Below, piece after piece: positions 9,235 to 19,271 of a stretch of DNA of 64,000 nt (position 1 is the first letter of the stretch; every line of letters begins with the position of its first letter). The DNA is from an uncultured Chloroflexia bacterium. Its GTDB lineage: Bacteria; Chloroflexota; Ktedonobacteria; Ktedonobacterales; Ktedonobacteraceae. Below the pieces are notes generated by a model. That model did no database searches. It was given only the letters and a program-made list of their open reading frames with translations, and had not been told where the DNA came from. The position numbers and the translations under genes were made by a program. The stretch is taken from NCBI GenBank assembly GCA_963799245.1, contig CAWCWN010000003.1, forward strand, positions 1,556,463-1,620,462, in the 5' to 3' direction.

Positions 9235-9876
9235 CTAAAAACTCTGTCGCCGCAGCCACTCCCGCACGGTGCGCACCTCCTCATGGCTGAGGGAGTGCCC
9301 TCCTGGCAGCCACTGGAGCGTCAGCTGCGCATGCGCAGACTCGAGCAGCGCCACCAGCCGCTCCGTCTCCGGCGGCGGGGCGATAGGGTCGGCACGACCT
9401 GCGCCGACAAACACCGGCATTCCCGCGAGGTCAGGTATGACCTGGGGGACAAATGGGACCATCGGGTGCAGCAGGGCTGCCCCGGCCAGCAGCCCCGGAC
9501 GCAGGAGCAACAGGCTTCCGGCGATATTGGCCCCATTGGAAAAGCCCACTGCGATGACCCTGTGCGCGTCAAAGCCATATGTCTTGCCGGCCGCGGTGAT
9601 GAAATCCGCCAGCTCATAGGTGCGCTGTTTGAGATCATCGATGTCGAAGACGCCTTCGGCCAGGCGCCGGAAAAAGCGCGGCATCCCATGCTCGAGGACC
9701 TTGCCCCGGGGACTGAGCAATGCCGCACCCGGGTCAAGCATGCGCCCCAGATCGAGCAGGTCATGCTCATCGCCGCCCGTACCATGGAGTAGGAGCAGTG
9801 TATCTGCCTGGGAAACGTCCTGCCCGGCCGGCGCAGGCAGGTAGCGATGGAGAAAGCCTAGAGATGATTTTTCCAT
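9235..9876 (-). CDS. phospholipase/carboxylesterase-family alpha/beta hydrolase
   Basis: LLLLHGTGGDEHDLLDLG ... VIAVGFSNGANIAGSLLL (GxSxG nucleophile elbow) ... HSLSHEEV. Confidence 0.75.
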   Translation of the reverse strand: MEKSSLGFLHRYLPAPAGQDVSQADTLLLLHGTGGDEHDLLDLGRMLDPGAALLSPRGKVLEHGMPRFFRRLAEGVFDIDDLKQRTYELADFITAAGKTYGFDAHRVIAVGFSNGANIAGSLLLLRPGLLAGAALLHPMVPFVPQVIPDLAGMPVFVGAGRADPIAPPPETERLVALLESAHAQLTLQWLPGGHSLSHEEVRTVREWLRRQSF

Positions 9877-9886
9877 GCTCGTCCTC

Positions 9887-10840
9887 CTAGCGTGCTACTG
9901 CGGGGACGACGAGAGCGGGGAGTGATTGCTCAAGCAAGGCGCGGTTTTTTTCCAACCAGGGCGGCAGCTTGAGATGCGTGCCGAGCTGTTCCACCGCTTC
10001 GTCTACGGCAAAACCCGGGGGATCGGTAGCGATCTCAAAGAGGGCGCCCCCCGGCTCGTGGAAGTAGATGGAATGGAAGTATTCACGATCAATGATGGGA
10101 GTGACGTCTCTCCTTTGCTCGCTAAGGCGCTGGCGCCACTGCGCCTGCTGCTCATCGGTGGGTGTGCGCCACGCGACGTGATGCACCGAACCGACGGCGA
10201 TGCTGCCGCGCCTTTGCTGGGGCAGTTCCAGGACATCGACAAACGTCCCTGGTCCACCCTCTCCCACTTCGTAACGCAAACGGTTCGTCTCTTCATGCAG
10301 TTGTCGAAAGCCGAGGACCTGCGTAAGCATCTGCTCTGTTTGCTTACGCTGCGTCTCCGCCAGGGTAATCCCATAGACGCCGCGAATGGCGTTCTCCGCG
10401 GGAATCGGACCGTCTTGCCAGCCGTTGCGCCGTTCAGCTTCATGATGGGCCACGAGTTCGAGTGAGAGCCCGTGCGGATCAGTGAACGACAGCACCTGTT
10501 CATCAAAGCGTGTCAGCGGTGCCTTGAGGGCGACCCCGTGCTCAGACAGGCGTTCGATCCAGTAGGGGAGGGCATCTGCCGGCAGGGAGAATGATATATC
10601 AACGATCTGTCCCGCGCCCCTGCGTCCCCTGGGCGCCTCAGGCCAGGGAAAGAAGGTGATGATGGTGCCGGGGTGGCCGAGTTCATCTCCATAATAGAGG
10701 TGATAGGTCCCGGGGTCATCAAAGTTGACCGTTTGCTTGACGAGCCGCAGACCTAACACACCCGCATAAAAATTGACGTTCTGCTGTGGATCACTCACAA
10801 TGGCCGTCACATGATGAAGACCAAGCACACTCTTGTCCAT
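9887..10840 (-). CDS. ring-cleaving dioxygenase, VOC/glyoxalase superfamily (two tandem VOC modules)
   Basis: [35 protein letters not shown]...HLYYGDE... second module [15 protein letters not shown]...[19 protein letters not shown]. Start at the internal Met with GGAGG RBS. The stop at 9887 is 10 nt from the start of the upstream hydrolase gene, so likely an operon. Confidence 0.75.
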   Translation of the reverse strand: MDKSVLGLHHVTAIVSDPQQNVNFYAGVLGLRLVKQTVNFDDPGTYHLYYGDELGHPGTIITFFPWPEAPRGRRGAGQIVDISFSLPADALPYWIERLSEHGVALKAPLTRFDEQVLSFTDPHGLSLELVAHHEAERRNGWQDGPIPAENAIRGVYGITLAETQRKQTEQMLTQVLGFRQLHEETNRLRYEVGEGGPGTFVDVLELPQQRRGSIAVGSVHHVAWRTPTDEQQAQWRQRLSEQRRDVTPIIDREYFHSIYFHEPGGALFEIATDPPGFAVDEAVEQLGTHLKLPPWLEKNRALLEQSLPALVVPAVAR

Positions 10841-11004
10841 ATATACCTCCTCTTGGCTAAAGACTGTTGTTTTTTCTTGCCGCAGGCCCTTCTCCTCCAT
10901 TCGCTCTAATGGTACAATACACGTACACAGTTAAAAAAGCAAGGAAAATTGGTGAACGGCATTAAATAGCAAACGCCATTCACCGTATACCAGGAGAAGG
11001 GCCC

Positions 11005-11454
11005 ATGATAGACAGGATTGACCGAATGCTGTTAGCACTGCTCAAGCAAGATGCTCGCCGCAAGTATGCCGAGTTAGGTGAAGCTGTTCACCTGTCGCCA
11101 CCGGCAGTGCATGAGCGCGTGAAACGCCTGGAACGGGCAGGGGTTTTGCGCAGGTATACGGTCGAGATTGATCCGCAAGCACTTGGGCTGGCGCTCCACG
11201 CGTTTGTACGCATTCATTTGAGCCGTATCCCCTGCGAGGAACTGGCCCTGGCGCTGCAGAAGTTCCCGGAAGTGGAGGAGTGCTACAGCTCGGCAGGAGA
11301 AGAAAGTATGCTTATCAAAGTGCATACGTCGACCCCTGCAAGCCTCGAAGAACTGCTTGACCGCATCCGGCGTATTCCAGGAGTAGAGCGCATTCTCACC
11401 AGCATTGTGCTGACCACGCATTTTCAGCGCGAATATATTCCCCTGGATGTATAA
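11005..11454 (+). CDS. Lrp/AsnC-family transcriptional regulator
   Basis: N-terminal HTH (LLKQDARRKYAELGEAVHLSPPAVHERVKRLERAGVL) plus C-terminal RAM domain. Divergent from the dioxygenase/hydrolase operon. Confidence 0.85.
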   Translation: MIDRIDRMLLALLKQDARRKYAELGEAVHLSPPAVHERVKRLERAGVLRRYTVEIDPQALGLALHAFVRIHLSRIPCEELALALQKFPEVEECYSSAGEESMLIKVHTSTPASLEELLDRIRRIPGVERILTSIVLTTHFQREYIPLDV

Positions 11455-11695
11455 TGGGCGAGCCGCCCTCCTCTAAGGAACTTGAGCAGTTCATCAGGTA
11501 ATTCACTTGATGACCTTACCCCAAAATGGTATGGTAGCGTCAAGACCATTTCCGCTTTTCTAACCAGCGACGGGATCAGATCTGTAAAGGCTGGAAAAGT
11601 CCTACAAAACAATTCTGTCAAAACAGTGATGGTTATAGTCTCGACTGTACACTGAACCATCTCATTCACTCATTCAAAGGAGGAGAAACAATACT

Positions 11696-12100
11696 ATGGC
11701 ACAACTTAACCCATACCTAACATTTAATGGCAATTGCCGTGAAGCAATGGAATTCTATCATACATGTTTGGGTGGAGAATTATCCATCATGACAGTAGGA
11801 GAGTCTCCAATGAAAGACCAAATGCCGGACAAGAAAGACAACGTTATGCACTCTATGCTAAAAAAAGACGGAATGGTGCTTATGGCAGCAGATATGATAA
11901 TGCCAGGAGAATTAATACGGGGAAATACCGTTACTCTTTGTATCAATGGCAGCAGTGCGGAAGAATTAAAAACATCCTTTACAAAAATTTCTGAAGGAGG
12001 AACAGTCGGACACGAATTAAAAGAGGAATTCTTCGGAACCTATGGAGACCTCATAGACAAGTTTGGAATAAATTGGATGTTCCAAGCTGACAACGCATAA
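11696..12100 (+). CDS. PhnB-like VOC-fold protein (3-demethylubiquinone-9 3-methyltransferase-domain family)
   Basis: MAQLNPYLTFNGNCREAMEFYHTCLGGEL...VMHSML...FGTYGDLIDKFGINWMF aligns with E. coli PhnB along its length. Strong RBS AAAGGAGGAG. Low-GC codon usage, unlike flanking genes. Confidence 0.75.
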   Translation: MAQLNPYLTFNGNCREAMEFYHTCLGGELSIMTVGESPMKDQMPDKKDNVMHSMLKKDGMVLMAADMIMPGELIRGNTVTLCINGSSAEELKTSFTKISEGGTVGHELKEEFFGTYGDLIDKFGINWMFQADNA

Positions 12101-12216
12101 CGCAGCCGAAAAAGAACCGTACTGATCCCATTCTTATACCAACGAAGATGTATAAGAATGGGAGAGTTTTTTACTATCAATCAGTTGGCCAGGAGCGTCT
12201 CGATAGACCTTGAAAG

Positions 12217-12888
12217 CTAAACTTTTATCTTCAGTATATTATTGGCAAATGACTCGACAGCTTGATAAAACTGCTGTACTGAGATCTCTGATCCATTGTG
12301 GATAACCTGAATATGTTCTATCGGGACATCGAACCTTTTGTTGAGTTCTGGCGCTACATCTGTTATGTATTGCTGATGATCTTTCTTGTAGTACGCTTCA
12401 AAAATATAATCTGAGACATACCGATCGTCCAGAGTTTGTGGATGATCTACCCTGGCTTTAATACGTGCTTTGCATGTCGGAATATCGGAATTGATGAATA
12501 TAAAGTGGGCATCATGCAGCTGAAAGGAGGTGAAGAAAGAAAGGGCGTCGCAGTAATCAACTCGTGAGAATTCGATGATGAGAAGCTCTTTGCTACTCTC
12601 AGCCAGTTTCTTGCGCCGCAAAATACCATGGTGAAGTTTTTGTAACGCTTCGTCAAATACGCTGAGATCAAGCACATCAAAGCCAGCATAGCCCAAATCT
12701 TTTGTCGAGCGCAAACGCTTTCCCTCGTTACTGGCCTTTTGATCATATTTGAAGATGTTGTACAAAATCGTGTAGTCCTTAAAACGCCGTGGTCTGAACT
12801 TTTTTTGTCTTGCGAATGACTTGATGTGACGCGCTGCTGCCGATTTACCGCTGCCGGGAAGACCAAAAACGAACAGAGTTATAGTCAT
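12217..12888 (-). CDS. P-loop NTPase, putative small-molecule/nucleotide kinase (AAA_33 / KTI12-PSTK-like fold), paralog A
   Basis: Walker A LFVFGLPGSGKSA. Walker-B-like LLIIEFSRVDY. DAHFIFINSDIPTCKARIKAR lid/arginine region. Paralogous to the 13330..14145 gene. Low GC. Confidence 0.55.
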   Translation of the reverse strand: MTITLFVFGLPGSGKSAAARHIKSFARQKKFRPRRFKDYTILYNIFKYDQKASNEGKRLRSTKDLGYAGFDVLDLSVFDEALQKLHHGILRRKKLAESSKELLIIEFSRVDYCDALSFFTSFQLHDAHFIFINSDIPTCKARIKARVDHPQTLDDRYVSDYIFEAYYKKDHQQYITDVAPELNKRFDVPIEHIQVIHNGSEISVQQFYQAVESFANNILKIKV

Positions 12889-13329
12889 GAAACGCTCCGA
12901 GATAAGCAATACGTCTTGTGGAAATATTACGCACTTCACGTAATTTGGAGTTTAGACTAAATTCTTGTGAATCAAGGTGGGAAGCCGTGCGAGCCATATT
13001 TTATGAAAATCGCATGATCACAGTCTACAAGCCGCTTGACGCGAAATTAGTCTAAACGTCAAACGTAATGATACACGATAATATGCAATGATACAATGCA
13101 TACCTAAGAGGCTGTGTGTAAAGGTCGTCTCGATCCCCTCAGAGAGGGGCTTGACAGCATATGCACTGTTTTTTGCTCAGCGCCCTTGTCAAGCGATCTC
13201 AAACCACTTTACACAAAGCCTCTAAATGTATAAATGGAACCGATGGATAAATAACTGATGAAGGGGTCACAGAAGTTGTAAAAGTCTCTCACGGTGGATG
13301 TTACATAAAAAATGGATTAGCGTAAAGCT

Positions 13330-14145
13330 CTATTGGTTGGATGCACTTCCTACGAGTTGTCTCTCGTGAATATCATCAAGCTGCTCGTTAACTTCCTCTC
13401 CGCCTTGTTTTTCCTGGTGCGTTGAAGGGCAGTGATTACAAGAAGTCTCAGTATAGGAGGTGTCCAGGATATTTGTAGTCCTGACGAAGCGTCGAGCATG
13501 GAAGGCAGGTTCGATGAGTGACTGCACGTGTACCTTAATGCATTCATGCAAAAATTCTTCGCGTGAACCATCAGTTCTCATTAACTGAATCTGCTGATCG
13601 CTCAGTCCGAATGCCTCTCGTATTGCACGAACGCTATCTGGAGTACTATCTTTTTGATAATATCCTTCCATAATATTAACCGGAACAAAAATGTCATCCA
13701 CAAATTCGGGGCGCCTGGTACGTTTCTCTATTCTATTCACGCATGTATCAACATCTGACTCTAAAATTAAGAAATGAGCATCTTTAAGGAAATCAGGATC
13801 AAATTGCGAGAGGGCCTGAAGATAGTCACTGCGTGCGAACTCGATGATTGCGATCCGGGGTAATTCTGAAGGATGTCTTTTAAGAGCGTTTTCGACTCTA
13901 CGCTCTATGGTACGGAGCACATTATCAAGTAGGGAAAAATCAAGTACCTCAAATCCCCCGAATCCGGTAGGACGAATTTGAGTTTGAGAGGGGTCATATC
14001 TGCACAAATTTCTTAATATCTTACTATCACAAATAGGATATGGCGACAAGGATTTACGCTGCGCTTCCTTAGTGATGAAATGCCTGACTGTGGATTTACC
14101 GCTCCCTGGCCTACCTAAAATAAAAAGCTTCGATAACATATCCAT
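13330..14145 (-). CDS. P-loop NTPase, putative kinase, paralog B (C-terminal extension with CNHCPSTH)
   Basis: LFILGRPGSGKST, FGGFEVLDFSLLDNVL, RIAIIEFARSDY and DAHFLILESDVDTCVNRIEKR are collinear with paralog A. Confidence 0.55.
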   Translation of the reverse strand: MDMLSKLFILGRPGSGKSTVRHFITKEAQRKSLSPYPICDSKILRNLCRYDPSQTQIRPTGFGGFEVLDFSLLDNVLRTIERRVENALKRHPSELPRIAIIEFARSDYLQALSQFDPDFLKDAHFLILESDVDTCVNRIEKRTRRPEFVDDIFVPVNIMEGYYQKDSTPDSVRAIREAFGLSDQQIQLMRTDGSREEFLHECIKVHVQSLIEPAFHARRFVRTTNILDTSYTETSCNHCPSTHQEKQGGEEVNEQLDDIHERQLVGSASNQ

Positions 14146-14495
14146 TCTCTCAACAGATCATACTAAGAAGACGAAAAAAAGAACCTAAAGTAACATACTA
14201 CTTGATGCGCGATGAAATACCCGTATTATTCCCATAAGATGGACCACAAAATGGTCGTTATTAGTGAAGGGCCGCTTTAGAGCATGGGTGAAATTTCGCA
14301 ACTATTTCGATCTTGTTAAAAATCTGACGGTAGAACTCTTCCATGTCTTCTGCTGCTATCCGATACGAATGGTGTTCACATTAGCAATTGTCTCATTTCA
14401 GAAGGCACTTCAACCTCTCCTTGTCATCATTATGCGTAATTTGTTAATTGAGATTTACCCATGATTATCTCTTTTATCAGTCTATCACTCCTGCT

Positions 14496-16721
14496 CTATT
14501 CCTCCCTCTTATCCATGGGCAATTCATCCCATTTCCACAGATCGGGATTCCAGTAATGCACTTCTGGACCTATCCTCAGAAGACTACCGAAATCCATTAG
14601 AACAATAGCAGCTACCGAAGCCGTGGAATTTGGCTGGTTTTTCGGACGCTGCATAAGTTCCAGAAGTTTGAGATATGGGTAAGAGGCAACCCCAATTCGA
14701 ACATTGACACGCTCTTCAATGAGCATTTCTGCTGGAGTGCGCTGCTCGATTGTAAAGCGGAGCGCATTGACCTGATACGGTTTGAGTTCAAGAGCGTCTT
14801 TCAGCGACCAGACTTTGCTCTTCGCTTCCTCAAGCGGAACACCACCCAGGCGAATATAGAAGCGATCACCATAGGCATGGTACAGCTTAAGATCGCTGGT
14901 AGTGAAGAGTGTTCTCAGATGAACTTCGATACGATGCCCAACTTCGCGGCTGAGGTTGCGCGCCATAATCTCGCCGTACCTTTGCGTGAGGCGCGTCTGA
15001 TCGTTGACATCGATGCAGTAGAACGAGATGATGTCAGTGCTGGAAAAAGAGGAAAGTAGTGCAGCTCTTCGCGCTACCGGCGTCGGCAATTCCAGAATAG
15101 GTTGCAAGTTCGCCTTGAGGTCTTCCCGCTTTGAGATATCGCTCAGCAGTGCTTCCATATCAGCAATAAAGTCTGTTTCAGAAAGAAACGGCTCGTATGC
15201 CTGGTCGGCCAGGGCAGGATTTTTCATGAGCGGTTTAAGCTGCTCGGCGACTTTGATGCGGGTCTGGAAAGTGAGCAGCAACTCCCGTACCATGCGCGCG
15301 ATCATTCTCAACAGGCGTTGAACTTCGCTCCCAAAGGCGTCTTGCTCGCTCGCTACAAGGTAAATGACTCCTTGCGCAGCGGCTTCTTCGCCACCTATAG
15401 GAATGGCTATGGCAGAACCGATTGGCTGCTCTTCATCATAATTGGCAATGGATTCATCCTGTGAAGTTGCACAATGGCGATAACAGATGCGCCCTCCCTG
15501 ATAAGCACGCAGGCTCACACTGATGACCTCATCAAGAGGAGAGACCTGCGTTTCGCCTACTATATACTTTTCTGACGCTCCGTCACTTTTTGCCAGCAGG
15601 ACGAGTTGGTGCTCTGATACTGGCAGCTGTGGATTGTGTGGCCTAAGGATACAGGCAAATCGCCAGCCTTTGTCGTGGCCCAGACTAACAACCAGATTTG
15701 CCAGTTTACTCAGGAGCGATCTCTTTGTGGGATCATTAGCCGGCCCTGGAATGAAGTCGTCTATCGGGAACGTATAAAATCGCTGGCCCTTCAGGAATAA
15801 TGGCAGCCATTCATCCTTATGTTCGTAGAGTGGTGCACACAGCTGCTGGATGGTTGACTGGACATCCAGGCTCATCTTGAGACTACCCGCCTCCCTTTGC
15901 ACAACGATCCAGGTCGAATCTTGTCGTACTTCGTCTTGCTCAACGACGTTTTTCATGGCTCGCAGTGGGTGTATCCGAAAATCGGTATGTTGCTCAAACG
16001 AGGGACGCGGAGTATAGAGCAGGTAAAATGAGTAGTCAGGACGCAGCCATCCGACCAGGCATTCTCCCAGGTCGGCGATGTTCGCTGTTGTCACTGAAGC
16101 TGGAGGATTTGAACCAAGCGGCATGACAAAGCCGATAAGGGTTTCAGGGTTGTACTCGGCCAGCAGCGAGAGCGAGAGGCGCAGTGCGTTGGTCGCGTAA
16201 AAGCGCCAGAACAGCTCGTTATCCGCGCTGTTAACCATCTGATCGATGGGCGGTACATAATCAGGTTCCCATGGAACATTGGTGGGTTGTGTTGCCCGTT
16301 CGGCCGTTCCCAGAAGCGTGAACGCTTCTTGACCAAGCTGGTTGGCTATATTTCGTATCTCTCCAATATTCTGCTTGATCTCAGTGATGGAGTAACTGCC
16401 ATCCCGCAGGATACGAATCGCTGCCAGTACATCCAGTTCTGTGCGCGAGTACTGGCGATGTTTCTTGTCGTCCTGTTTGGCGCCGTCAGATCGCGGGGGG
16501 CTGACGAAGCCGAGCCTGTCCCAGTCGCGCAATTGGGTGTCGGAAAAGCCGAACAGGTCCGCTGCGCGGGTAATAGTGACAGTAGCTGCTGAACGCGCTT
16601 CGATGATCTTGAGCTGGATTTTCTCCTGGGTACCCGGCTGTCGCAAGTATTCTACAAGCGAGAATGGAGACTTGCGCTGCTCGTACATGTCATACTCCAG
16701 TTCCAAAAAGCACAATTCCAA
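14496..16721 (-). CDS. multidomain signalling regulator: MerR-type HTH, central GAF-like domain, C-terminal degenerate GGDEF-like (diguanylate-cyclase fold, AYGDRF in place of GG[DE]EF)
   Basis: N-terminus ITRAADLFGFSDTQLRDWDRLGFVSPPR...RQYSRTELDVLAAIRIL is MerR HTH. Middle ...GSAIAIPIGGEEAAAQGVIYLVASEQDAFGSEVQRLL is GAF-like. C-terminus FYCIDVNDQTRLTQRYGEIMARNLSREVGHRIEVHLR...LYHAYGDRFYIRLGG...RVNVRIGVASY is a GGDEF-fold domain. Start may be the internal Met at 16688. Confidence 0.6.
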   Translation of the reverse strand: MELCFLELEYDMYEQRKSPFSLVEYLRQPGTQEKIQLKIIEARSAATVTITRAADLFGFSDTQLRDWDRLGFVSPPRSDGAKQDDKKHRQYSRTELDVLAAIRILRDGSYSITEIKQNIGEIRNIANQLGQEAFTLLGTAERATQPTNVPWEPDYVPPIDQMVNSADNELFWRFYATNALRLSLSLLAEYNPETLIGFVMPLGSNPPASVTTANIADLGECLVGWLRPDYSFYLLYTPRPSFEQHTDFRIHPLRAMKNVVEQDEVRQDSTWIVVQREAGSLKMSLDVQSTIQQLCAPLYEHKDEWLPLFLKGQRFYTFPIDDFIPGPANDPTKRSLLSKLANLVVSLGHDKGWRFACILRPHNPQLPVSEHQLVLLAKSDGASEKYIVGETQVSPLDEVISVSLRAYQGGRICYRHCATSQDESIANYDEEQPIGSAIAIPIGGEEAAAQGVIYLVASEQDAFGSEVQRLLRMIARMVRELLLTFQTRIKVAEQLKPLMKNPALADQAYEPFLSETDFIADMEALLSDISKREDLKANLQPILELPTPVARRAALLSSFSSTDIISFYCIDVNDQTRLTQRYGEIMARNLSREVGHRIEVHLRTLFTTSDLKLYHAYGDRFYIRLGGVPLEEAKSKVWSLKDALELKPYQVNALRFTIEQRTPAEMLIEERVNVRIGVASYPYLKLLELMQRPKNQPNSTASVAAIVLMDFGSLLRIGPEVHYWNPDLWKWDELPMDKREE

Positions 16722-17493
16722 ATAAATAGCTTGCGATGGAATGTGCCAGTATCATGAAAGAAGAGATCGGTCGTTAACAATATCATGTAAGTGACGATAG
16801 ATGCCAACTATTATCAAATCGAAGATAATGGCAAAAGGCGCCCATAATAATCTGAATTAATCTGACAAACTCCACTTCAATATATCATCTTTGTCAAGAT
16901 AAAGCCATCTATTTGGTGAGATATAAATGACGGGTTATAGAATTCTCTGCGCATTTGTCTTTGGGAAGCATGATCTGGCCCTCGTAAATCCAGCAGCTTT
17001 CATCTTATTACGCTACATGTGATGATAAGAATTACCCTGGATCTCTATCTAGTGTTACAGATAAGCAAGGATGAAGCATTCAATCATTAAGTAATATGCT
17101 GAAACGTTAAATTAATATATAACAAAACTTGTAGCTGCCGCTATTGAAAATGTCATAAAAGTTGTGTATTCTTGCATTAGATAAATTAATATCATGTTTT
17201 TAGAGAGGACCTCCTAAAAGTTGAACTTTTTTGTTCGGCAGCATGCAACGGGAGTGGACTTAGCGCAAGTTAACTGGTTTAAGAGGGAGGAAAAGATTAG
17301 TAGGTTGGCTTGAATTTTACACGCAATGTTGCCTATCCTTTGATATCCAATGTATTCTGCTACACCTGCGTAGATTTTGCACTTCGAGATACAGATTATC
17401 GCCGGGTTCGTTACTGTGTAGACTAGCGTCGTATTCATCAACTTCGAAGTTATGCTTAAGGTGATGAGCCATTAAATCTCGAAGAGGTGTAGC

Positions 17494-18687
17494 ATGATGA
17501 ACCAAATAGGTCAACGCTTCGGCAATTGCATCCCGGTGAGATTGGTAGGTCATGGGGGCTTTGCGGATGTCTACCAGGCCAGGCATGTCTATCTCGAGAC
17601 AGACATTGCCATCAAGGTGCTAAAAATGCACATTGAGCAGGATGATCGACAAAATTTCCTCAAAGAAGCTCAAATAGTCGCTTCTCTCGATCACCCGCAC
17701 ATCATACGAGTGCTTGATTTTGGCATGAAGGGGAGCGTACCCTATCTCGTCATGAGCTACGCCCCACATGGCTCATTACGTGAACATTACCCACGAGGCA
17801 ATAAACCTTCATTCGCTACTATCCTGACTTATCTTCGCCAACTTGCGGATGCACTCGAATATATTCACAAGCAAGGGCTTATTCACCAGGATATCAAACC
17901 TGAGAATATTCTACTCGGTAAAAATCACGAGATATTGCTTAGCGATTTTGGCATTGCTATTTTGGCTAGCAGAACAAACAGCCGTGAGCCGCACCAGCTT
18001 TTCGGGTCAATATCCTATATGGCTCCAGAACGACTGCAAGGTCATTCAAACCCGGCTAGCGATCAGTACTCACTAGGAATAACCGTGTATGAATGGTTAG
18101 TAGGCGAACTTCCCTTTCGCGGCTCTCCCGAGCAAATTGCCTGGCAGCATATTAACCATTCCCCTCCTTCTATGCGAGCGAGATGTCCGGAAGTTCCTCC
18201 TGAGATCGAAAGAGTAGTTCTTAAATCGCTAGAGAAGGACCCGCGGCAACGTTTTGAGAGTGTGAGGGACTTTGTCGAAAGCTTTGAAGAGACCGCAAGG
18301 GTCTCCATTACTTTATCTCCTGCCAGATCCCAGAGTGCCCTGCACTTAGAGCTTCGATCCTTGGAGGAAACAGCTCACTTCTTCATTTTTGATGTATTCG
18401 CTGCAATATCATTGAGTATCGTCTCAATACTGTTCGGCTTAGGGACAACTACGGCCTGGTTTATTCTCGGGCTGAGCCTCATCATTCTACCCACATTCAG
18501 TGCATTTGCGCTAAAAAGCCGATTATCAAGGATAATTGCTAGTTGGATGCTCTTTGTCTCCCTGGTGATTGGTATTACCAATCATTCTATGATGCTAGTT
18601 TCAATCACTCAGATGATTCTGATTACGTTCTTTATTTGTATTGCTTTCCTGGTAAGGTTTTTCTCAAATTTATCCTGGAAGAGATGA
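17494..18687 (+). CDS. Ser/Thr protein kinase (non-RD: HQDIKPENILL) with C-terminal 4-TM domain
   Basis: Glycine loop VGHGGFADVY, VAIKVL, HQDIKPEN, DFG and APE motifs present. Residues ~290-397 are four hydrophobic helices with no extracellular domain. Confidence 0.8.
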   Translation: MMNQIGQRFGNCIPVRLVGHGGFADVYQARHVYLETDIAIKVLKMHIEQDDRQNFLKEAQIVASLDHPHIIRVLDFGMKGSVPYLVMSYAPHGSLREHYPRGNKPSFATILTYLRQLADALEYIHKQGLIHQDIKPENILLGKNHEILLSDFGIAILASRTNSREPHQLFGSISYMAPERLQGHSNPASDQYSLGITVYEWLVGELPFRGSPEQIAWQHINHSPPSMRARCPEVPPEIERVVLKSLEKDPRQRFESVRDFVESFEETARVSITLSPARSQSALHLELRSLEETAHFFIFDVFAAISLSIVSILFGLGTTTAWFILGLSLIILPTFSAFALKSRLSRIIASWMLFVSLVIGITNHSMMLVSITQMILITFFICIAFLVRFFSNLSWKR

Positions 18688-18900
18688 TTTACCTGTATTG
18701 CTACTGTATTGCGTTTGATTTTCTTTGTTCAAAAAAGAAGTTGGAACATGACAAGTGCCGCTGTGGGGAGCACCGTTCCGGATAATGCGCACACCTGAAG
18801 CAGACTAATTTGCTCTTTGATGATAGCGGAACGGTCCAAAGGCCATTACGCATGCTATAATAGGGCTGCTTGCGTTTCTGCAACAGCGAAGGAAAAATAC

Positions 18901-19107
18901 ATGTCGGAAGAAAAAATACGCCCTCCCTCCATGCGCCGTACGCCTGCAATCCGCTTGAACGACACCCCCATCCTGCATAGAGATGGCAGCGTGGAACATG
19001 AATATCGTATTGGCGTCAGTCCAGATCTCCCCCCCGTCAAACTGCGTGTATTCATCTTCCTGAATGGCGATGCTCAGGTAGAGGCCGAGTTTGAGTCGCC
19101 ATCTTAG
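18901..19107 (+). CDS. small hypothetical protein (68 aa)
   Basis: MSEEKIRPPSMRRTPAIRLNDTPILHRDGSVEHEYRIGVSPDLPPVKLRVFIFLNGDAQVEAEFESPS. GAAGGA RBS upstream. No family recognised. Confidence 0.3.
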   Translation: MSEEKIRPPSMRRTPAIRLNDTPILHRDGSVEHEYRIGVSPDLPPVKLRVFIFLNGDAQVEAEFESPS

Positions 19108-19271
19108 TCTTTATACCGGCCAGGCTGTGGAGCGAATAAAAATGGCTATGTCAGTGTTACAGCCTATAGAGAAGCAGGGGCGGCAGGTCGCCGCCGGGCC
19201 CCGGGTCTTGGGTCCGCGAGAGTGCCGCATTACCCATGTACTGCATTGTCGCATTACAATCAGAGGATAGA

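Noticed and set aside
9269-9844. Several plus- and minus-strand ORFs overlapping the carboxylesterase gene
   Set aside because: Alternative-frame shadows; only the 9235..9876 minus frame has hydrolase motifs.
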